A stretch of DNA of 64,000 bases from Candidatus Aldehydirespirator sp. (GCA_965221215.1 OZ244872.1:1636936-1700935); one strand, 5' to 3'. Shown: positions 36,442 through 46,123, counted from the first letter of the stretch. Numbers and translations: made by a program. The notes: a model not told the origin generated them from the letters alone.

Positions 36442-37655
36442 GGCAGGTAGGGCGTGGGATCCACGGCCCGGCCGTCGATGCGCAGCTCGAAGTGCAGGTG
36501 GGGGCCGGTAGACCAGCCGGTGGAGCCGATGGCGCCGATCTGGTCACCGCTTTGCACCTGCTGGCCGACCGCCACGTCGATGCGGCTCAGATGGCCGTAG
36601 AGGGTGCTGTATCCGAGTCCGTGGGAGATCACGATGGCGTTGCCGAAACCGCCCCGCACACCGGCCAGGATCACTTCGCCCGAGCGGGCCGCCCGAACCC
36701 GGTCGCCGGTGTCGCCGCCGAGGTCGATCCCGTTGTGCTGGCGCACGGTGCCGAAGATGGGGTGGACCCGAGGCCCGAATCCCGAGGTCTTCTCACCGTC
36801 GGCGGGCCAGGCCACCAATTCGAAGGGCCCGTGCTCGGCCTCGTGGCGGCGGCGCTCCTCCTCGATGCGGCGACGGCGCTCCTCCTCCTCTTGGCGGCGG
36901 CGCTCCTCCTCCCGGCGCCGGATCTCATCCTCGATGCGGTTGATCTCCTGCTCCATCTCCCGGTCGGTCTGCTCGATCTCGGCCGACACGAGATTCCATT
37001 CGTCGATGCGGGCCTGGATCTCAGCGCGCAGCTCCATGGCCGCGGCACGGGCTTCCTCTAGGTCGGCCAGGCGCTGCTGCTGGGCCTGCCGCTCCCGGTC
37101 GGCGTCGGCGGCCCGGTCGAGGGCCCGCTGGCGCACCACCTCGAGCTGGGCCTCGGCCACGCGCAGCTCGTCGGTGATCTCCAACTCGCTGCCGATGGCC
37201 AGCTCGAGCAGGAACAGCCGCACCGCGCTCTCGTTGAGGCTGGTCGAGAACTGCTCGACCACGTCGACGGACGGCTGGACGTAGGCCTCGATGGCCCGCC
37301 GGCGCAGCCGCTCCCGGATGGATTCGATCTCCTCGACGAACTGCTCGGCCTCGGCCCGGGCCTCGTCCGCCTCGGCCTCCGCCGCGGCGATGGCCGCCTC
37401 GGCCGCCTCGATCCGGGTCTGCTGGAGCTCGATGTAGCTGTCGAGCTCGCTGAGCGCTTCGATCAGAGCCTCGTCGTCGGCGATGAGCGCATCGACCTGT
37501 CCGGCCACCTCGGCCGCGTCTCGTGCCAGCAGCTCTCGCTGCCGACGAAGGTCCTCAATCTCTCCCTCGCTTTGGCCCACTGCCGCCGTCGCCATCAACG
37601 CAGCCGCCGTCACCGTCAGCAAGAGCGCGCCAGAGAGGATGCGCAACTTACGCAC
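36438..37655 (-). CDS. Secreted coiled-coil + M23 peptidase (EnvC/murein hydrolase activator-like)
   Basis: Signal peptide, long heptad-rich region, HNGID, GFGNAIVISH, YGHL, STGPHLHFE. Start at GTG 37655 is inferred. Confidence 0.9.
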   Translation of the reverse strand: MRKLRILSGALLLTVTAAALMATAAVGQSEGEIEDLRRQRELLARDAAEVAGQVDALIADDEALIEALSELDSYIELQQTRIEAAEAAIAAAEAEADEARAEAEQFVEEIESIRERLRRRAIEAYVQPSVDVVEQFSTSLNESAVRLFLLELAIGSELEITDELRVAEAQLEVVRQRALDRAADADRERQAQQQRLADLEEARAAAMELRAEIQARIDEWNLVSAEIEQTDREMEQEINRIEDEIRRREEERRRQEEEERRRRIEEERRRHEAEHGPFELVAWPADGEKTSGFGPRVHPIFGTVRQHNGIDLGGDTGDRVRAARSGEVILAGVRGGFGNAIVISHGLGYSTLYGHLSRIDVAVGQQVQSGDQIGAIGSTGWSTGPHLHFELRIDGRAVDPTPYLP

Positions 37656-37924
37656 AGCAGCGACCGTAACGAAACAGCAATACTTCCGCAATCTGTCGGC
37701 GACGCTTCGGGCGACCACCCCGTGCAGCATCGACATGTCGGCCCTGTCGAGACGGATCGCGGTTCAGGTGAAAGGGCGGTCGAAGGGTGGCTGGGGGCGG
37801 GGCTCGCTGGACCTCGGACAACACCGCCCTCGATGTTAGGTCCGCCCCACCGCCCCGCCGTGCATCCCGAAGCGCCGTGTCACCAGCCCCTCCATCCACA
37901 GCCAACGTCCCTTGCAGAGCACAT

Positions 37925-39295
37925 CTAGGCACCGAGCAGCAGGAGCAGGCCGATGACGGTGTAGGCCACCATCACGGCCAGCATCGGATACTGCGAGCGC
38001 ATAGCCAGCGGGCCGGGCCAGCGCTCCACCGCCCGGTCGTGGGCCACCGCCACCGCCAGCACATGGCCGGCGGCGATGGCCGCGGTCTGCGTCCAGGCGA
38101 TGGCGTCGGTGGAGATGGCGGTGTAGTCCACCAGGCGGGTGGCGGTGCCGAAGAGGTCCCAGCCCCGGCCGAACGGGTCGGACAGGTGGGTGATGATCAG
38201 CTGGCCCTCCAACAGCAGATAGCTGAAGTAGTGGGCGATCGTGTACGCCGCGGCAATGGGGATCAGCGAGGGTGCGAACGCCTCGGCCAGTTCCCGCTCG
38301 CTGTCGCCGGTGATGGCGGCCATGCCCGCGATGGCGACCCGGTAGAGCACGAACACCGCGAAGATCATGAACACCAGCCCCACGGTGTTGACCGCGGTCA
38401 GCTCCCAGCCGGTGCGTGCGGCGGCCACGTCGAGCCATACCGAGCTGCGGGTGAAGCCGTCGAAGGTGGTGGAGCCCAACACCACCAGGATGAACGCCAC
38501 CGAGCCCCGCTTGATGGGCAGGGTGGACAGGCCGGCCAGCGGCACCCGCAGCCTCAGGTTGCCGCCGTGGCGGTGCAGCGGCGCCATGGCCGACAGCATG
38601 GTGAACAGCACGCCGAACCCTTCAGCATCGCGCTGCCAGCCCCGGCCGAAGACGGCCACGCCGGCCAGTTGCGCCACGGTGTAGGCGGCCAGGCACACGC
38701 CCAGCACCCGGATGTTGGTGCTGTCGTGGAAGGCGAGCTCGAGCCACAGGAAGCCGAAGATGGCCGCCACCGCCCACCACTGGTTGCCGCCGCCCCGATC
38801 AGCGTTGTGGGCTGCGTCCCGGCCACGGAGGCGGGCCGAGCCGTCGGCAAGGGTCCGGAAGGGGCTCAGGTGGGCCCACACGTCGCCCACCAGCGCCGAC
38901 ACGGCCTGGAACCCGACCCAGAAGACGATGTAGACCGCGACCGGCAGGATGTTGACCGAGGGGTTGGTGTTGCCGGCCAGCCCGGCATAGAGCAGCACTC
39001 CCAGTGCGAGCAGGCCGGCCGCGCCCATCACTCGCGACAGCACCCGGCAGGCCAGCTGGAACGGCCCGCCGAGAACCCGCCCGGCCGCCGCGGCCCGGAA
39101 CTTCGGCGTGTCCCAGAACATGCCGAGTGCCACAAACGAGGCGGCCACCGCCAACGAGGCGGCCCAGGCAAGCTGCCACAGCGGCACGGGCAGGTCGAGC
39201 CGTCCGCCCACGCCGTGGGCTCCGGCGGGGTCGGCCATGGTCCACAGCGCCGCCGCAGCCAGTGCGCCCGTCGCCAGGATCGGCCTCGGCCTCAT
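37925..39295 (-). CDS. Conserved multi-pass membrane protein of unknown function
   Basis: Signal-like N-terminus followed by HGVGGRLDLPVPLW; about 10 hydrophobic segments; SLIPIAAAYTIAHYF. Confidence 0.75.
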   Translation of the reverse strand: MRPRPILATGALAAAALWTMADPAGAHGVGGRLDLPVPLWQLAWAASLAVAASFVALGMFWDTPKFRAAAAGRVLGGPFQLACRVLSRVMGAAGLLALGVLLYAGLAGNTNPSVNILPVAVYIVFWVGFQAVSALVGDVWAHLSPFRTLADGSARLRGRDAAHNADRGGGNQWWAVAAIFGFLWLELAFHDSTNIRVLGVCLAAYTVAQLAGVAVFGRGWQRDAEGFGVLFTMLSAMAPLHRHGGNLRLRVPLAGLSTLPIKRGSVAFILVVLGSTTFDGFTRSSVWLDVAAARTGWELTAVNTVGLVFMIFAVFVLYRVAIAGMAAITGDSERELAEAFAPSLIPIAAAYTIAHYFSYLLLEGQLIITHLSDPFGRGWDLFGTATRLVDYTAISTDAIAWTQTAAIAAGHVLAVAVAHDRAVERWPGPLAMRSQYPMLAVMVAYTVIGLLLLLGA

Positions 39296-39378
39296 GGGAT
39301 CACCGGGGCTCTGGCCGTTGCGTCTAGCCGGGCCTCGAACGGCGGCTGTCCGGCATCGCGGCTCTGTGATTGCACCGG

Positions 39379-39452
39379 TGGGCGATACTGGACTCGAACC
39401 AGTGACCTCTGCCGTGTGAAGGCAGCGCTCTAGCCATCTGAGCTAATCGCCC
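39379..39452 (-). tRNA. tRNA-Val (anticodon CAC)
   Basis: Reverse complement GGGCGAT...ATCGCCCA; anticodon arm CTGCC-TTCACAC-GGCAG; T-loop GGTTCGAGTCC. Confidence 0.97.
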
Positions 39453-39617
39453 GAGACGAGCGAGGCTACCACCGACCCCCCGACCGGACTACGAGGCCAG
39501 ACCGGATCCTCCCCCTGCGCGGCAGCCGCCAAGCTGCACGGGATGCATCAGTCTTTGCGGGCAACCGCTGCCTCCAATACGTTGCATGAGGTTGTTGATC
39601 AAGGTTTGGAGGGCCGT

Positions 39618-39992
39618 ATGGGAACGTTCACAGTCACGCTGGGAGTCGGCGATCCGCAGGGGCGCCGGTACGAGAACGTGGAGGTCATGGTCGATTCTGG
39701 TGCCGCCTACACCGTGCTGCCGACATCGATGCTCGAGCGGCTCGGCGTGACGCCCTACGACATGCGGGGATTCGTCCTAGCAGACGGACACCGAGTGGAG
39801 CGGGGCTTCGGCAGGACTTGGATGCGCCTCGACGGCAAGCAGGACATGTCGCCGGTCGTGTTCTGGGACGAGGACTCGCTGCCGCTTCTCGGCGCCGTGA
39901 CCCTCGAAATCTTCGGCCTCGGCATCGACCCGGTGAACGCCCGCCTCATCGACATCGACGCCTACGTGCTGTCCGCACAAACCGCAGCCTGA
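39618..39992 (+). CDS. Small single-domain retropepsin-like (clan AA) aspartic protease
   Basis: VDSGAAYTVLP (D-S-G), LLGAVTLE; SD GGAGG. Confidence 0.85.
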   Translation: MGTFTVTLGVGDPQGRRYENVEVMVDSGAAYTVLPTSMLERLGVTPYDMRGFVLADGHRVERGFGRTWMRLDGKQDMSPVVFWDEDSLPLLGAVTLEIFGLGIDPVNARLIDIDAYVLSAQTAA

Positions 39993-40099
39993 CCCACCCC
40001 ACCGCGACCCTGAGCCGGAACAGCAGAACGGCCACCAACGGTCTGTGGCGGGATCAGGCTGCCTCCGGGGCGAGTGTAGGCGGCATCGGCGCCGGACGG

Positions 40100-41518
40100 T
40101 CAGGCCGTGTTCGGGGCTACTGGGTCTAGGGCTAAGAGATCTTCCAGCACGGCGATGGCCTCTAGGACGGTCAGGTCGTCTAGCTGGTGGCCTACTGCCT
40201 GAAGGCCGATGGGCACGCCCTCGCTGGTGAACCCGCAGCACACTGTGGCGGCCGGGCGCCGGGTGAGGTTGGCCAGTGGCGTGAAGCGGAACCAGTTGGG
40301 GGTCTCGACCCCGTTGATGGTGCCGTGCCCGCCCGGGGCGGGGGCCTGGCCCGCCAGCGTGGGCAGCAACAGCGCGTCATAGCCGTCCATCAGTTCGGCC
40401 AGCGCGATAGACAGTTCACCGGCCTGGCGGCGGGCCTCGTAGATCGACTCGGGCGTGGTCCGGCCCGACTCGTATACGTCCTCCAGCATCGTTGCCAGGA
40501 CGTCGGTGACGTTGTTCCACTCGTCGGTTCCGTACAGCGGGCGGAACGCCGGGCCGATGAGCCCTCCGAAGAACAGCTGCAGGAACGACCCCGGCACCAC
40601 GGTGATCTCCGTGTGGGCCTCGTCTACCTCGACACCCTCGCCCGCCAGGCGCTGCACCGCGGCCTCGCACGCCGCCGCTATCTCGGAGTCGACCGGCCCG
40701 CCGTCGATCGACGGCGCCCACAGCACCCGCTCCGGCAGCCGGGGACTGTCGAGCGCGGCCCGCCACGACGCCTCCGGCTTGGGCAGGCTGCGCAGGTCGG
40801 CCGGATCGGGCCCGACCAGCGAGTCGAGGCACAGCGCCACATCGCGGATCAGGCGGGCCATCGGACCCACGCAAGACAGGTCGATCAGACCCGACGGAGG
40901 CGGGCCGCTCGGCACCCGTCCGTGGCTGGTCTTGATGCCCGACAGACCGCACAGCGCCGACGGGATGCGGATCGAGCCGCCCCCGTCGGAGCCGGTGCCC
41001 ACCGGGACCATGCCCGAAGCCACCGCCGCGCCGGTGCCGCCCGAGGAACCGCCCGGCGAGCGCTCCGGGTTCCACGGGTTGAGCGTGGCCCCGAACCTGG
41101 GGTTGTAGGTGTCGCCCATGCAGCCGTGCTCGGGAGTGTTGGTCTTGCCCACGACCACGCAGCCCGCGGCCCGCATCCGGGCCACCTCGATGCAGTCGGA
41201 GGCAGCCGGCGGGTCGTTGCGGGTGTACATGGCGCCCTTGGAGGTACAAAACCCGGCCGCGTCGGCCAGATCCTTCACCCCGATCGGGATCCCGGCCAGC
41301 GGGCCTGCCTCGTCGCCGGCATCGAGGCCCTCGTCGATGGCCGCAGCCTGGGCTCGGGCCCCGTCGGCGTCCACGGCCACGAAGGCGTTCAACGCCGGGT
41401 TCAGGGCCCCGATGCGCTCCAGCGCGTGCTCGGTGACCGCGGCGGCGGTGAGGCTGCGGTCGCGCACTCTGGCCGCCAAAGCCTCCACGGTCACGGTCCG
41501 GAAGTCGGGCACATCCAT
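40100..41518 (-). CDS. Amidase-signature family enzyme
   Basis: GIPIGVKD, GKTNTPE, PGGSSGG, GSDGGGSIRIP. Confidence 0.92.
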   Translation of the reverse strand: MDVPDFRTVTVEALAARVRDRSLTAAAVTEHALERIGALNPALNAFVAVDADGARAQAAAIDEGLDAGDEAGPLAGIPIGVKDLADAAGFCTSKGAMYTRNDPPAASDCIEVARMRAAGCVVVGKTNTPEHGCMGDTYNPRFGATLNPWNPERSPGGSSGGTGAAVASGMVPVGTGSDGGGSIRIPSALCGLSGIKTSHGRVPSGPPPSGLIDLSCVGPMARLIRDVALCLDSLVGPDPADLRSLPKPEASWRAALDSPRLPERVLWAPSIDGGPVDSEIAAACEAAVQRLAGEGVEVDEAHTEITVVPGSFLQLFFGGLIGPAFRPLYGTDEWNNVTDVLATMLEDVYESGRTTPESIYEARRQAGELSIALAELMDGYDALLLPTLAGQAPAPGGHGTINGVETPNWFRFTPLANLTRRPAATVCCGFTSEGVPIGLQAVGHQLDDLTVLEAIAVLEDLLALDPVAPNTA

Positions 41519-41611
41519 CAAACGGCGCCTTTCGCAGCGGGCTGGCAGTCTGCCGATGCAATCCGAGAATGTGCGGTTTGCGCCCGAGCGTCTCGCGGCG
41601 CGGCATTGTCG

Positions 41612-41653
41612 CTCCTGCTGTTGTTCGCGACGCTCACGGGCCGCTCGGCCTCT
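41612..41653 (-). repeat. Copy of the dispersed intergenic repeat family, abutting the murF stop
   Basis: Reverse complement of 41612-41644 matches 35656-35688 at 27/33; AGAGGCCGAGCG matches 35584-35595. Confidence 0.7.
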
Positions 41654-43008
41654 CAGGCATCAGCGTCCGCGGCGAGTCGCTCCACCAGGCGCTCTAGCCC
41701 CGCGACCCGCGATCCCTTCACCAACACGGCACAGCCGGCGTCCAAGCCTCCGAGATCGGCGAGCGCGGCGAGGGCGCCGTCGATGCCGTCGGTTTCGGTG
41801 ACGGCGCCGCCGCCCGATGCGTAGCCGGACGCGTCGACCGCGATCACCTCCACGTCGAGTTGAGCGGCCAGCGATGCGACGGCGGCATGCTCAGCGGCCT
41901 CGTAGTGGCCCAGTTCGGCCATGGCGCCCAGCACTGCGATTCTGCGCCGCGCCCCGAGGGCGGCCAGGGCCCGCAGGGCGGCCCGCATCGACAGCGGGTT
42001 GGCGTTGTAGGTGTCGTTGAGCAGCCGGACGCCTCCGGCGAGCCGCACCATCTCCATGCGCAGCGGCGACAGCGCCGGCGCCTCCAGGCCCGCGGCCACA
42101 TCCGCCAGCGGCACGCCCAGCTCGATGCCCACTGCGGCTGCGGCCAGGGCATTGTCGACCGAGTGCGCTCCCCGAGCCCCCAACCGGACAGGAGCCTCTC
42201 CGACGGGGCCGCGCAGTACGAACCGGGGCATCAGATCGTCGTCCATAGCGATATCGAGGGCCTGCACCTCGCCGCCGTCGCCGAAGGTGACCACCCGGGC
42301 ATCGCAACCCTCCGCCATCGACAGCACCTCGGGCACCCCCGCGTTGAGGAAGGCCACTCCCCCGTCGGCCGCCGCCGGCAGGGCCTCGACCAACTCCCGC
42401 TTGGCCGACACCACCGAGGCCAGCGATCCCAGTTCGCTGGTGTGGGCCAGGCCCACCGTGGTGACCACGCCCATGGTGGGACGGGCCACACGACACAGGT
42501 CGGCGATGTGCCCCGCCCCTCTCGACCCCATCTCCACCACCAGCGCCGCGGTGTCGGCGGGGGCAGACAGCAGTGTGATCGGCACTCCGATCTCGTTGTT
42601 GAACGACCGGGTGCTGGCCCACACCCGCCGGTCGGTGCCGAGCACTGCGGCCAGCAGGTCCTTGGTGGTGGTCTTGCCCACCGAGCCGGTAATGCCCACC
42701 ACCGGCGCCGCCCCGAGCCGGTGCCGGGCCGCGGCGGCCAGGGCGGTGAGCGCCGCCGCGGTGTCGTCCACCTCCACCGCGGCAGCGCCGGAAGCGGCCG
42801 GACTGCGGGCGGTGAGATAGGCCGAAGCCCCGGCCGCGACCGCGTCGGCGATGAAGTCGTGGCCGTCGCGGTCGGCTGCCAGCGGCACGAACAGCATGCC
42901 GGGGCGCACATCCCGACTGTCCTGGGTGGCGCCATCAACGACGGTGGCGCCGTCGCCGTGCAGTCGGCCCCCGGTGGCCGCCGCGATCTCCGCCAACGTC
43001 CAGCGCAC
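41653..43008 (-). CDS. murF: UDP-MurNAc-tripeptide--D-Ala-D-Ala ligase
   Basis: DSRDV, GITGSVGKTTTK, SFNNEIG, VVEMG, LNDTYNANP, LGAMAELG, VKGSR. Confidence 0.96.
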   Translation of the reverse strand: MRWTLAEIAAATGGRLHGDGATVVDGATQDSRDVRPGMLFVPLAADRDGHDFIADAVAAGASAYLTARSPAASGAAAVEVDDTAAALTALAAAARHRLGAAPVVGITGSVGKTTTKDLLAAVLGTDRRVWASTRSFNNEIGVPITLLSAPADTAALVVEMGSRGAGHIADLCRVARPTMGVVTTVGLAHTSELGSLASVVSAKRELVEALPAAADGGVAFLNAGVPEVLSMAEGCDARVVTFGDGGEVQALDIAMDDDLMPRFVLRGPVGEAPVRLGARGAHSVDNALAAAAVGIELGVPLADVAAGLEAPALSPLRMEMVRLAGGVRLLNDTYNANPLSMRAALRALAALGARRRIAVLGAMAELGHYEAAEHAAVASLAAQLDVEVIAVDASGYASGGGAVTETDGIDGALAALADLGGLDAGCAVLVKGSRVAGLERLVERLAADADA

Positions 43009-43077
43009 ACCGCGAGTGTGGCACGCCCAGCCGAGGGCGCGGTTCACCGGCCACCGCCCGGCGCTAGCGTCGCCGGG

Positions 43078-44238
43078 GTGGAGGACCGAAGGGCCACAGC
43101 CGGAGTTGAAGTCGCGGACGGGCACAGGATCAGGCTGGTGGTGCTGTTCGGGGGGCGCTCGGCCGAGCACGACGTGTCGTGCGTGTCGGCCCGCCATGTG
43201 GTGGCCGCCGCCGACCCCACGAAATACGTCGTCGAACCGGTCGGCATCACCCGACAGGGGCGCTGGGTGCGTGCCGCAGCGGCAATCCAAGCCCTGAAGG
43301 CGGGGCCGGACGCGCTGCCCGAGCAGCTCAGCACCGCCGGTCCCGAGGTCGAGCCCCTGCCGACGCTGGTCTCACACCCCAACACCGCGGCCACAGTGGT
43401 GCTGCCCGTCCTGCACGGCCCCAACGGGGAGGACGGCACCGTGCAGGGTCTGCTGGAACTGGCCGGGGTGCCCTACGCCGGCGCCGGCGTGCTGGCCTCG
43501 GCGCTGTGCATGGACAAGACCGCGGCCAACACCATGCTGGACGCGGCCGGCATCGCCCATGCGCGGTGGCGGAGCTTCACGCTCGACGATCCGGCCGCGA
43601 CCGACGCCGAACTCGCCCGCAGCGTTGAGTCCCTCGTGGACGAACTGGGCCTGCCCGTGTTCGTCAAGCCGGCCAGCATGGGATCCTCGGTCGGCATCAC
43701 GAGGGCGGTCAACCGCCAGCAGGTGGCGGACGGCCTCCGTCTGGCGTCTCGCTATGACCGCCGCGTCATCGTGGAGGAGGCAGTCACAGCCCGAGAGGTC
43801 GAGGTGGCCGTGCTGGGGAACGACGATCCCGAGGCCAGCCTGCCCGGAGAGATTGTCCCCGGCGCCGAGTTCTACGACTATGCCGACAAGTACGAGGACG
43901 GCGCCGAACTGCTGATTCCGGCCCCCCTCGACGACGACGAGTCAGCAGCGTGCCGGAGTCTGGCCATCGACGCCTACCGGGCTCTGCGGGTGGAGGGCCT
44001 GGCCCGGGTGGACTTCCTGTACGAGGACGGCCGCGACGGCCGCGGCGACCGGGGCTGGCTGGTCAGCGAACTCAACACCATGCCCGGCTTCACCCCCATA
44101 TCGATGTACCCCAAGCTGTGGGCGGCCAGCGGACTCCCCTACCCCCAGCTCATCGACCGACTCGTGGCCCTGGCCCTGGAGCGGCACGCCCGGTGCGAGC
44201 AGCACGCCTTCACCGAGCCCACCCTTCACATCGACTGA
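43078..44238 (+). CDS. ddl: D-alanine--D-alanine ligase
   Basis: FGGRSAEHDVS, LHGPNGEDG, KPASMGSSVG, YDYADKY, ELNTMPGFT. TAGCGT -10 at 43065-43070, 7 nt before GTG. Confidence 0.96.
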   Translation: MEDRRATAGVEVADGHRIRLVVLFGGRSAEHDVSCVSARHVVAAADPTKYVVEPVGITRQGRWVRAAAAIQALKAGPDALPEQLSTAGPEVEPLPTLVSHPNTAATVVLPVLHGPNGEDGTVQGLLELAGVPYAGAGVLASALCMDKTAANTMLDAAGIAHARWRSFTLDDPAATDAELARSVESLVDELGLPVFVKPASMGSSVGITRAVNRQQVADGLRLASRYDRRVIVEEAVTAREVEVAVLGNDDPEASLPGEIVPGAEFYDYADKYEDGAELLIPAPLDDDESAACRSLAIDAYRALRVEGLARVDFLYEDGRDGRGDRGWLVSELNTMPGFTPISMYPKLWAASGLPYPQLIDRLVALALERHARCEQHAFTEPTLHID

Positions 44239-44648
44239 TCGACAGAAGGGGCGCGCCCACTCAGGCTCTCAGGGGTCGTTTGGCGGAACAATGACCTCGC
44301 ATCGAGGGCCGCTGGCTCGGGCGATGCGACGATCGAGGGTGATCAGCGGCCATCCCACCGTCTCGGCTAGGGCGACGTACCACGCGTCGTAGGCGGTGAC
44401 GTTGGCTCGCAATTCCCACACGCGCTCCGCAAAGGGAGCAAACGGGTAGCGCTCCATGTTGAGCCGAAGCAGGTCCCGGCACGCGGCTGTCGCCTCGAGG
44501 CGCGTGACCCATCCGGTCAGCTCCAGCCGCCGCAGCAGGTTCGTGGCTTCCGCTAGGGCCAGTTCGGGCACAGCCAAGGAAGCCGTAGAGATCGCAGCGC
44601 GAGCCCAAGGGCCGTCAGTCTGCGAATCGACTAGAGCCGCTACCAGCA

Positions 44649-46093
44649 GGTGGCGTCTCATCGCCGGTGTAATAGCAGCAGGGGCGTAGGTTCCTTCAGA
44701 GAGATGTCGACTCAAGAAGGAGACCTACGCCCGTGCCTGCACGAGTATCGCCCACAGAAGCTGTCCGCGCCGAGATCGACGAGTTGTTCGGCTCGGGACG
44801 CGACATCGCCGAGGTCCTCGAGGAGGTGATGCGCCTGTCGGCGCGGCTTGTGTTGCAGCAGGTCCTCGAGGATGAGGTCACGGCCTGGCTGGGCCGGGGC
44901 TGGAACTCGCGTGCCGAGGGCGGGCGCGCCGGTCAGCGCAACGGCTACGGCGACTTGACGGTCAAGACCACCGCGGGGCCCGTGGCGCTGCGCCGCCCGA
45001 AGCTGCGCAACACCGCCGAGGCGTTCGCGTCGCAGCTTCTGGGCAAAGGCGTGGTGCGCTCTGAGCCGCTGGAGGCGCTGGTGATCTCAGCGTGGGTGCG
45101 GGGCCTGTCTGACCGCGACATCGAGGCCTTGTTGGCGGAGGCGCTGGGACCGGAGGCCGCTTTGTCGAGGTCCACCGCGTCGCGGATCTGCGCGCGGCTG
45201 CGTGAGGAGTTCGACACGTTCCGCAGCTCAGACCTCTCCGATATCGAGCTGGACTACCTGTTCGTTGACGGCAGCCACTTCAAGATGCACGACGGGTCAC
45301 GCGCTGAACCGGTGCTGGTCGCCTACGGCATCACTACCCTCGGCCGGCCGGTGCTGCTGGCCGTGGAGCCCGGCGGCGACGAGTCCTACGACGCCTGGGC
45401 AGACTTCCTCGAAGACCTCACCGGCCGGGGGCTGCGGCCGCCGCTGCTGGTCGTCTCAGACGGCGCCGCGGGCCTCATCGGCGCCGTCGAGACCAAAATG
45501 GCCTCCTCGCTGCGCCAGCGGTGCCTCATCCACCGCTGCCGCAACGTGTTGGCCAAGGTCCCCGCCGGTCGCCGAGACGAGCTCAAGGCCGCGTTCTGGG
45601 CGATCTTCGACCTGCCCGACGGCATCGAGCCCGGCCAGGGGGCCGTGAGCGCGGCACAAGCCGGCATCGACGGCTTCGCCCGCCGCTACCAAAGCGAGTT
45701 CCCCGCCGCCGTGAAGTGCCTGCTCACCGACCGCGCCGCGCTCACCGCGCACCTGCGGTTCCCCGCAGAGCACCACCGCAGGATCCGCCACACCAACCTG
45801 ATCGAGCGCACCTTCGGCGAGACCCGCCGAAGAGTCAAAGTCATCGGCCGGCTCCCCGGCGAAGCCAGCTGCCTCACACTGGTATGGGCCGTGCTCGACC
45901 GGGCCTCAAACGGCTGGCGAGGCCTCACCTACACACCCGCCATCGCCCGAGCCCTCACCGAGCTCCGACACCAACTCCACCAACCCGCCCGCACCAACAC
46001 CGACCAGCCCGACCGCACCGTCACACGCGCCGCCTAACATGACCACCGGAACCTGCGCCCCAACCGCTATTACACCCAATCTGGGACGCCACC
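44649..46093 (+). mobile_element. IS256-family insertion sequence, 1445 bp, 9-bp TSD CTACCAGCA
   Basis: TIRs GGTGGCGTCTCATCGCCGGTGTAATAGC and (reverse complement) GGTGGCGTCCCAGATTGGGTGTAATAGC; TSD at 44640-44648 and 46094-46102. Confidence 0.95.
44733..46037 (+). CDS. IS256/Mutator-family DDE transposase
   Basis: GQRNGY, GLSDRDI, LFVDG, VVSDG, QRCLIH, TNLIERTFGE; SD AAGGAG. Confidence 0.95.
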   Translation: MPARVSPTEAVRAEIDELFGSGRDIAEVLEEVMRLSARLVLQQVLEDEVTAWLGRGWNSRAEGGRAGQRNGYGDLTVKTTAGPVALRRPKLRNTAEAFASQLLGKGVVRSEPLEALVISAWVRGLSDRDIEALLAEALGPEAALSRSTASRICARLREEFDTFRSSDLSDIELDYLFVDGSHFKMHDGSRAEPVLVAYGITTLGRPVLLAVEPGGDESYDAWADFLEDLTGRGLRPPLLVVSDGAAGLIGAVETKMASSLRQRCLIHRCRNVLAKVPAGRRDELKAAFWAIFDLPDGIEPGQGAVSAAQAGIDGFARRYQSEFPAAVKCLLTDRAALTAHLRFPAEHHRRIRHTNLIERTFGETRRRVKVIGRLPGEASCLTLVWAVLDRASNGWRGLTYTPAIARALTELRHQLHQPARTNTDQPDRTVTRAA

Positions 46094-46123
46094 CTACCAG
46101 CACCGACGAATCGACAACAGCAC

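Noticed and set aside
36398-36460. TPP riboswitch upstream of thiN
   Set aside because: No recognisable TPP aptamer core; the spacer is only about 40 bp and is explained by the relay frame.
41860-43077. Long N-terminal extension of ddl
   Set aside because: Antisense to murF; Ddl motifs begin after 43078, where a leaderless promoter is present.
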